Shown in pieces: positions 28,923-37,900 of a stretch of DNA of 64,000 nucleotides. The number at the start of each line of letters is the position of its first letter. Position 1 is the first letter of the stretch. The stretch lies in NCBI GenBank assembly GCA_963666835.2, contig CAXXGO010000006.1, forward strand, positions 352,001 to 416,000, read 5' to 3'. The notes beneath the pieces are model-generated. The model was not told the origin of the DNA. It did no database searches and saw nothing but the letters and a program-made list of their open reading frames with translations. The DNA comes from Phycisphaerae bacterium. GTDB taxonomy: Bacteria > Planctomycetota > Phycisphaerae > UBA1845. A program made the translations under genes and the position numbers.

Positions 28923-31900
28923 CTACGGCGCAACAGGCGTATGGATAACGATAATACCAATGACACCTTCACGCGCGAACAAATCTGTGATCGCGCTAGC
29001 GGCCTCTCCTTCCGCAACATGCCATAGGATTGGCCCCCCGGCCGCAGCTTGAGTCTGGCGGCGGGCTTGTTGGAGTATCTCGCCCTCACCGGCAAACCAG
29101 GACTGGAAGCGCCCGTTTCTAACGAAGTTCGCATAGCCTGGTCCCTTCGCATCGATCAGCACTCCCGCCTCGGTAACGCCATCGAACTTGACTCCGTTGA
29201 CCGTAAAGGCCTGCCCGGTCCGCCCCGTGATCTGTTTCTGGTACGCTCTTGCCTGGGCCGACATGCCTTCGCTGGCTTTGGTCCAGACACCTCCCGCCGC
29301 TGCACCACGAGCACAGGGATTCGTGTTGTGACTCAACGCCTCAACATGCCCGACGTAGTAGCAATCATCGGTTTGGATGTCAAGGTTGTGAACTCGATGC
29401 ACGCCTGGGTATTTGCGGACCGAGCGAATCGTGGCGTTTCCGCCGATCGTCTTGAGTTTCTCGCCGATCCTCAGATCACCGGTTTGTACCCACGAATCGC
29501 GATCGACGGAGAACAAGCGGTGTCGCCTGGTTGGATACAGCGGCTCGTCGTGACCATCGAATCGAAGCTCGTACACATAGCCGTTCAGATGAGAAACGGT
29601 GCCCAGCACGACGCGTCCGGGCGGGGGCTTGATGGCTGGGCAATCGGATACCGAGACAACCGTGGCCGGGCCTTTCAGGCCCATTTCCGGCAAGCCAAAG
29701 AGGATCGTCGCGCCTTCCGTGGCACGTACCGACTCGACCCACGCGAGCGGACGCAATACCTCGATGTCAAGGATGTCCCCCTCGGATTCCGGGTTTACCA
29801 TCTTGAGCGTAACCTGCCGCCAAGTGCCTGGGGCCGGCTCGGGTTCGGAGGGCAGACCTTGATCGGTCGTCAGAACTCGATCGCCCACGCGAAGCGACTC
29901 GATCGCGGTGCGGCCCTCCGGCGTGACGACGAGGGTGCCCGCGAGGAAGCACACTCCTCTCGCGGCCACTTTGGCTAACTGCCGTCCCTTGCCGGTCTTG
30001 ATGCCTTTGCGGACGTATTTGAATGCGGAAGTGACGAGCTTGCCGAATGGGACAGCGGCGCTGAGAGCGGTGCCACCGATGCTCGCCACGTCCCAAAAAT
30101 CCCAATCGCCCGGGTTCTTTCGGAGCGTCTGATAGGCGTCCATTGCATCGATCACCATGCCGGCTGGCGTGAAGGACAGGGCCATGAGCGCGAAACCCTT
30201 GACAACGTCGATCCCGATGTTGAGCGTTTGTGTTGCGTAGGCATACGCGGCGAAGTTGTCGCCGGGGATTTGCATGGCGAGGTCCCAGGCTTCGGGCCCC
30301 TCGTAAGCGTTGTCACCATACAGCCCTGCGGGGTCTCGGCGATTCACGGGGTTGCTGCCGAGGTACTGGTATAGGTTCGGGCCGTCGATGTGTTGGCCAC
30401 CTGCCGACATTGCGGCGCTGGCGAAAGCGTTCTGTGCGTTCGTCAGCATGACGTCGACAAGCACGAGCGAGGTTTCGTTCGGGTCCTCCTGCATGAAGCG
30501 GCCGAGCTTCGGTTTGAGGATGCGGGTGCGGTTGTTAACCGCGTCGATCTCGGGCATGTGGTCGAGGCCTTGGTGGCCTTTGGTGGTGGCGATCAGACTG
30601 GGCGTGCCGAGGATATCGGTGATCGTGCCGTCCGATTCGATCCGCTCGGCCGCGAGACGTTCGCCGTAGGGTTTGTAGTTGTATTGCTGCTCGAGGTGTC
30701 CGTCGTGATCGGTCGTGGCCACGACGTTGTAGTTCGCATCTTGCAGGATGAAATGCGGATCGGTTGGTGTCTCGTCGCTGTCGTAATATGCCACGACCTC
30801 GTCAATGTAGTCGAGGCCGTAGACGTATTGGCGATGGAGTGCCAGCGACGTGCCGTTGTGCTTGTGGTGCTCCAGCAGGCGGTGGCCGTCGTAGTAGAAG
30901 TAATCCCCGTCGCCGGTGGTGTTGAGATCGCCCGACCCGGACACGGTTTTGTGAATCATCCGCCCGAGGACGTCGTAGTCGTACGTGGCGATGAGATCGC
31001 CCAGGTCCGTACCGGCCAGATCGCCCGCGGCGTCGACGTGGTAGTCACCCTTATCGTGCACCTCGACCACCCGGTTCCATGCGTCGTATTTGTAGAACTT
31101 CTCGTCATCGAGCACGAGGTTCCCGGCCGCGTCGTAATAGAAGTCGTCGTTTTCGACGGGCTCGCCGTTGGCCTCGGTCCGGAGGGTGTTGATCCGGTTG
31201 GCCTCGTCGGTGGTGTCGTGTCGTTTCTCGATCCACGTGTCGGTGCCGAAGTCGTAGCCGGGATCGTTACCAGCCAGCGAACCGACCGTATAGCTGATGA
31301 AGCTGTCGTTGCTGCTGCCTCCGGACCAGTTACCCAGAACGTCCAGATTCCACGCCTGCCCGGTGCCGCCGTCGGCGATCTTGCCCTCCAGAGCGTGCTC
31401 TCCGCATTCGGCGAAGACGAGCCGGTTAAGATTGTCGTAGCCGTAGATGTATGAGCGTTGCCAGTTGTAGCCTGAGATGTCTCCGGCCTGGAGGATGAAC
31501 GCAGAGGTACGGTTGCCGTTGGCGTCGTGCTTGTACTCGTACATGTGGAGCGGGACGCCGGGGTTGTTACTGCTCGTGAAGGTCATTGCTGCGACGCGGC
31601 CGAAGCGGTCGAGGGCGTTGGGGGTCGTGTAGTCGAGGATGACGTCGTTGTCGTCTCCCCAGACCTTCTTGACGTTTCGCCCGCCGCCGGTGGTGGTGTA
31701 GGCGATCAGGGGGTTGTTCGTACCGCCGACCTCCGACATGCCGGTCATGCGGCCGATGGCGTTGGTCCAGGTCTGGCCGTCGCGCGTGTAGTCGAAGGTG
31801 AATCCGCGGCCGGAGGGATAGGTGATGTCGGTCAAGCGGTTCTGTTTGGGTTTCCCGGCGGACTCCTGATACCACTGCCAGCCGTAGGTGACCGTCTTGG

Positions 31901-34900
31901 CGAACAAAGGCGTCACATCCGGCCTCGGGTCGAGCGTCTCGTCGGTCAGATTGCCGAAGCCGTCGTAGCCGTAAGTGATCTCGCTGAGCGCCTCGGCCGG
32001 CGTGCTTGCCGAATACGCCGTAGCGGTCGAGATCTGCCCACGCGGAGTATAGTCGAACGCCAACACGCCGACCGTGGTGTCGAGGGTCTCGTCCATTGGG
32101 GACGGGAGCGGGGGCGGATAGGTGATGTTGACCTCGGTGAGCTGGTCGAACGGTGGTGTGGTGGGGTCGTGCGGCGCAGTCGGCCAGGAGCCGTAGTGGA
32201 AGTCGAGTTTGATGTTGCGTTGGTCGGTCCGCTGGGCGACGCGGCCGTCCACGGTGTACCGGAACTGGAGCATATCGCTTGCGCTGGGCTGGCCGGCTTC
32301 GCCGCCGCTGGTGGCCGTGGCGGGGTATTGGATCGCCCCGACCAGGCTCGGCGCGTGGGAGACTACGTCGGAATGGTCCGAATCCGACCCGTTGACCAGC
32401 GTCGCGTTGTAGATGAAGCGGGTGGCCTGGACGGTGGCGTCGGTCACGCTCACGCCGGTGCCCGCGAAGTCGTTGTCGGCGTCTTCGGTCCAGGTGATCG
32501 AGGTTGGGTCGATATCAAGGTACTCGGTCGGATCCTCGGGCACGATGGCGACGATCATGTCCTGCAAGCCGCCGCGCGTGTAGTGATAGGCCTTGTAGCG
32601 GACGGGGCCCTCGTACGGAAACCCGTCGTCCGGGTCCCAGTTCTCGGCGACCAGCAGGGTCCGCCCGAGCAGGTCGAACCAGGTCTTGGTGACGATGCCC
32701 TTGGGATCGCGGACATAGTCGCGCCGGCCGGCGGCGTCGTAGTCGTAGAGGGTGATGATGGCGGTGTCCGGTGAGACGGGAGTCTGGCCGATCTTGTACT
32801 CCGAGACAACCCACTCCGGCGGAGCGCCCGCGTTGTAGTCTAGCGGGGCCACAGTGTTCGTCGTGTATCCGTCAGCGGCGCCCGTTCCGTAGTTGGCCGT
32901 GGCAATGAGGCGTTTTGTGTAGGGGTGGTACCAGTTGTACGTGTACGTGATGACGGCATTGCCGGTGGTAGCGATACCTCCCGTGGTATCGTGCTTGCGG
33001 TCGAAGTGCGTCTCGGAAAGAACATTGCCGAAGGCGTCGTAGGTACGTTTCGTGCGGGTCAGCTCGGTGCCGCCGCAGGTGCCCTTGGTGGAGCCCTCTT
33101 CGCTGCAGAAGCTGGTTTCGGTTACCCGGCCGAGGGAGTCGTAAGTGTTGACCGTGATGCCGTTGGGGGTCAGGCTGGCCGTGACGCGGTCGAGGTCGTC
33201 GCGGTAGGTTTTGGTGAAGGTGTAGTCGTCGTCGGTCTTTCTACTCGGATCGTATGTGCGCTGTTCATAGACGCGGCCGCGCTCGTCGTAGAGCGTGAGG
33301 GAGACCGTCTGCGGACTCTGCTGATTCGTACGCGCGCAGACTTCGTTGGCCGCGGTTTCCGGGGCGAGTTTCGCCCAGGCTTCGATCTCGTCAAGCGTCG
33401 GGAAGGTGCCGCCGGGCGGCCAGGTGGCCACAATCACGGGGCGATTAAGATTGTCGAAGACCGTGGCGGTCGTCGAGAGCAGTGCGGGGTTGCCGCAGTC
33501 GTGCCCGGCGCCGTCGACGACGACCTCCTTGGTGATAACCGGTCGGCCGCGCCAGTCGTAGGTGTATTGGGTGTCGCGGCTGGGGGTATCCTCGTCGAAC
33601 GACGTCATGCAGGACTCGGCGTTGTCGGTGAAGCGGCGGACGCGGACGAGTTTCCCGGCGTCGTTGGGGAAGTCGTCATTGCCCGAGACCAGTTCGTCGT
33701 TGGATTCGTAATCCGGATCGCCGTCGTTGTAGAGGCGTTGTTCTGACAGGACCATGTCGTCGTTGCTGCCCGAGAAGACGCGCGGGAACCAGTCGGAGCA
33801 GCCGTCGGCCGAGCCCTTGAAGATCTTCGTGGGCCGGCGTTTCGAGTCGAACAGCAGGCGGGTAATGGTCCCGTCCGGCTCCTTCTGCCGGGCGATGCGG
33901 TCTTCGAGATCGTAGGCGTACTCACGCACAACCGTGCGCCGCGCATCGACGTCGGGGTCGCTGGGGTTCTTCTTGAACTCGTTGAAGACGATATCGTGAG
34001 TCGGCTTGAGCGTGGAGGCCTGGCGATAGTCCCTGAAACTGCGGGCGAGGGTGACGAGTTGGTCGCCGGTGGCGGGGGGCCATTGGATGGCCGCCCCTTC
34101 CATGGGAATGGACGGCGTCCAGCCGCCGGCGCCGAGACCGTAGATATACTGGTTGCAGTTGTTGACGCCGCAATTGAGCCAGTTGTCACCCGGAATACCA
34201 TCACCCGAGGACAACTCCCCCCAAGCGTCGATCGCGCCATCGTACCCGTAATCCAAAAGCGAGATGCCCCATCCGAAGTCCTCGATCTTGTCGGTGGTAT
34301 CCGATCGGGCGTCGTTCCACGCGATTATGCGTTGTTCGATGAACTTGCCGGACTTGTCCATGACGTTGACGGTGGTTGTGCCGTGGACGTGGTCCTCAGA
34401 GCCTTCTCCCACAGACTTTTCTTCGACGCCCTCGTAGGTGATCTCGTAGACGTACGGATCCTGCCATTCAAGCGAAGTAACGCTCCCGCTAGTGTGTCGA
34501 AGGGTTCGGTTGGCCAGAATCTTGTGGTCGGTGCGGATGCTCTGTGCCCAATCGTCCGGTGTCCATAAGCTCGGATCGTCTGTGAAGGCGCCGGACATGG
34601 GGATTCCAGCGGTTTGGGAGCTGAGCAACCCGACGTCGTCAAACTGCCGGACCGAGGCCAAGTTAACGGCGTCCGGAGCCCCGGCGTCCCCATGACGCGC
34701 GAATCCGACGTCGGCGCAGGTCGCGTTTTCGCTGACCTCGCTGTCCAAGGTAGCCAGAGCGTCCAGATCGAAGTCGTTTATCTCGATGTTCGGCCGACCC
34801 AGATCGTCAAACCCATAATACGTAAGGAAGAACGGCGCTGTCGGTGTCGGGTGACTGGCGGTTGTCGTTGCCGGAAGAACAACCTTCCCGGCGATCGGGG

Positions 34901-37900
34901 ATCCTCCGCCGATGAGCGGGGGGTCTACGGGCGCCGACACCGTGGGGGCTACGCCGCTGCCGCGCCCATAAAGCCGGAGCCGTCCGCTAGTGTCGAAATA
35001 CCACATCTCCAGGGCAACGTTGTCGGTGCCGCCGTTCTCGCGATCGACGACTTCCTCCCAACGCCATTTCCATTTGACGACATCCTGCTTGTTGTCGTCT
35101 TCGCCATGGAAGGTGTAGTCGTAGTTGACCAGGATGGCGCCGTCCTCCGGCAGGGAAAGGAGGGTTACCGGTTCCTGGTTTTGGAGATCTACGTAGCGGA
35201 GGAAGTCCATGCAGGGGTAGCCCTCGGGGCAGAAACACCCTGGTTTATGCCCGAATTCGGAAGGATCCACGCACAAGGCCTCATCGCCGATCCAGCACTG
35301 CCCAGTCCCGACTGTCCCGGCAGGGTCGTTTACGAGATCAGCGTAGTCGTCGCTGTCGAGTTCCGGCCATTCGTAGTACGATGCTTCGACGAGCGGCAAG
35401 TCCAAGACTACCGTGGGGTCCGAGGTGTCGGGCTGACGTTCGTAATGCTGCGTCAGACCGACGATGGTCAACTGCTCCGGCATCACCCGTTGAACGGGGA
35501 CACTCTCCAGAACACTGGGCGTCTTGCATTGCTGGTTGTACAGGTTGCCGCCCTTCGATCCCTTGGCGATCCCGCGCAATACCGAGTGCCAACCACCCTC
35601 GCCGCCGAACAGGTGCGTCACTACGCGCCCCGTGTCCTTCACGGCCTCTATGCCGTTGTGGCGCAGAGCTGCTACCCAACTTTCGTCATAGATGTGCTTG
35701 GCCTGCCCGCGCTCGTTGACCAGTTCGTACCTCTGGTCGTCCACCAGAGAGGTCCGGTCGCCGTCGTAACCCGGGGTGAGGATCAGCCGGTCGCTCAGAG
35801 CGATTCCGTAGTAGTTCATCACTACCACTCGCCGGGTCTTCACCTTGGCGGGCATGCGGAAGTAATGGCTCGTCAGGGACAGGCCGGAGACGCCTCCGAA
35901 AGAGGCGGGACGATCCTCGGCCGGGGCCGCATCCAGGACCAGGCGGAAGTCATCCTCATAGATCGGGAAATCGCTTCGATCGTCGCTGTCTCCGTAGAAC
36001 TCCTCGCTGGTCTGGGGGAGAATCTCATCCACGATCGTAATGTTGTGCGGGTCGGCGAACGAGGTTATCCGGTTCGCATCGGCGTAGACCCCGGACGCGG
36101 CCCCGAGATAATCGAACCGATATAGGTGCATTTCACCGTCGCCGCCGCGCATTCTGGCGGTCTTGATCATGTGTTTGCGAAGCCGCGGAACGGCGTCGGG
36201 AATACCCATCCTCTCCAGTTCGGTGGGGTCGTACGTCCCGGCGTTTTCCGGGCAAGAGCAGGCCGCTTTGCATCCCTCGCCACCACACGCGTAGCGGGCG
36301 AAGCACCAGCCGCAATCCTGCCGCACAAACGGGCTGCAGTCAGGGTCGGTGTGTATCTCCGGTGAATACGCGTCTTGCCAGAGTCCTTCGCCGTCGCAAA
36401 CGTTGGCCGGCAAGTAGTTCAGTGGGCTGTCGGGCATTCCGAGGGTCGGATAGTCCCAGCAACGCCCGATGTAGGGGGCGTCATCGTAGCAGGGCTCGAT
36501 TCCGGCGTCGCGGAGTGTGTACGGATTGTAGTACGTGTACCACTGCGACGCGTACATGATCAGCGGGAGTTCATCGCCGTCGGGACCCACGGCGGCCGTG
36601 TCGGCCAGACGCAGAATGTCGTCCGGTTCGGAGATTGTCGGATCAGCATCGATAATCGCCTGTACGGCCTGCGGGTCGAAGACGGCCTTGAGGAAGCCGA
36701 AATCGTTATAGCGGTATAGCCAAACCTGCTCGATATAGTTGTCCGGAGCGTCCTGGTCGGGACGCACCCGCACGATGCGCTTTATGAGATTGACTCCAGA
36801 CGGCGCGGCCGGGGGAGAGTCCGACGTGAAACCATCCATCCACGGCTTCTCTCTATCCTGCGGCCCGCGGAAGTTCGGGTCCGGCACGCAGTCGGAGTGC
36901 ACGTTGGGTTTGTTCAGCGCTGCCGCGGGGTCGGTACTGCTGTCCATAACGGTGCAGTCGATGCCCGTCCCACCGCAGAGTGACGATTCCCATGCGTCCC
37001 CATCCGCTTCGTCATATGTACCGTCGCCATCCGCATCATAGAATAGGGAGTCTACCCCGTCCCCGTTGATGTCCGCGGAAAACGGAGTGAAGTAGTAATA
37101 CTTCGGCGCATTGAGTGCCTTGGGAGTGAAGTTGTAGTAGTAGTCCGGGGGAGTGCCGTCATCCGGTGGGGCGTGTTCGAGCAACAACCAGATCGGGTTG
37201 TTCCGCGCGTAGACGTACTGCACCTGATAGGTCCACGGGTCCGCCAACGTCGCCGCCTCCCCCGCAGGGCGACAATCCAGCGCGGTGTCACCGCCCGGCA
37301 TAATAGCCGCATGGTCGCCGGAGGTGGCGGGCACGAATGGATGCCTGCCGCTGGCGCAATCGCTGCTGTTCGGATCCGTGTCATCATAAGGAATCGCCCG
37401 AAGATGCACGAGCAGCGGGTTATCCTCACCATCCTCGTCGATCAGTCCATCTTCGTCGTCATCCCAATGGGCGAACGGATCCATTGGCGTGTCCGACGGA
37501 TCGCCATTTGAATCAGGCCTCCAATAGAGGGGGTTTTTGCATTCAGTGTAATTGCCCGGCGTCGCCCCGAAGATCCCAATCGAATAGGGCATTGCACTGT
37601 AACGCGAGTTTCCGGGCGCCCAACAATCACTCGCGGAGTCGTACCCGCTGCGGATGACGTCCTGACAGGCCGTGCAAGCCGCTGGACTGTTGATGCCCGC
37701 TAGGTATGGCAATTGGTTATTGGTGTCTTCGTCGGTGAGCCAATCGCCATCATCATCCACGCCCTGTATCCCTGGACATCCGTCCGGCGTCTCAGGCGGA
37801 GTGGTATCGCCGGGCCCGTCGCTGTCGACGTAATCCACCATCGGTTCGATCGCCAAGCTTTGCCTGAAGGTCATGTTTGGCCTCGCGGGTGATGTTCCCA

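Noticed and set aside
11021..32100. Diversity-generating retroelement
   Set aside because: No reverse transcriptase, and differences between repeats are block swaps and synonymous changes rather than adenine-specific.
18286..36125. Long plus-strand ORFs (e.g. 18286-20241, 23185-24486, 31527-32774, 34614-36125)
   Set aside because: Antisense shadows of high-GC RHS coding sequence with no independent motifs.
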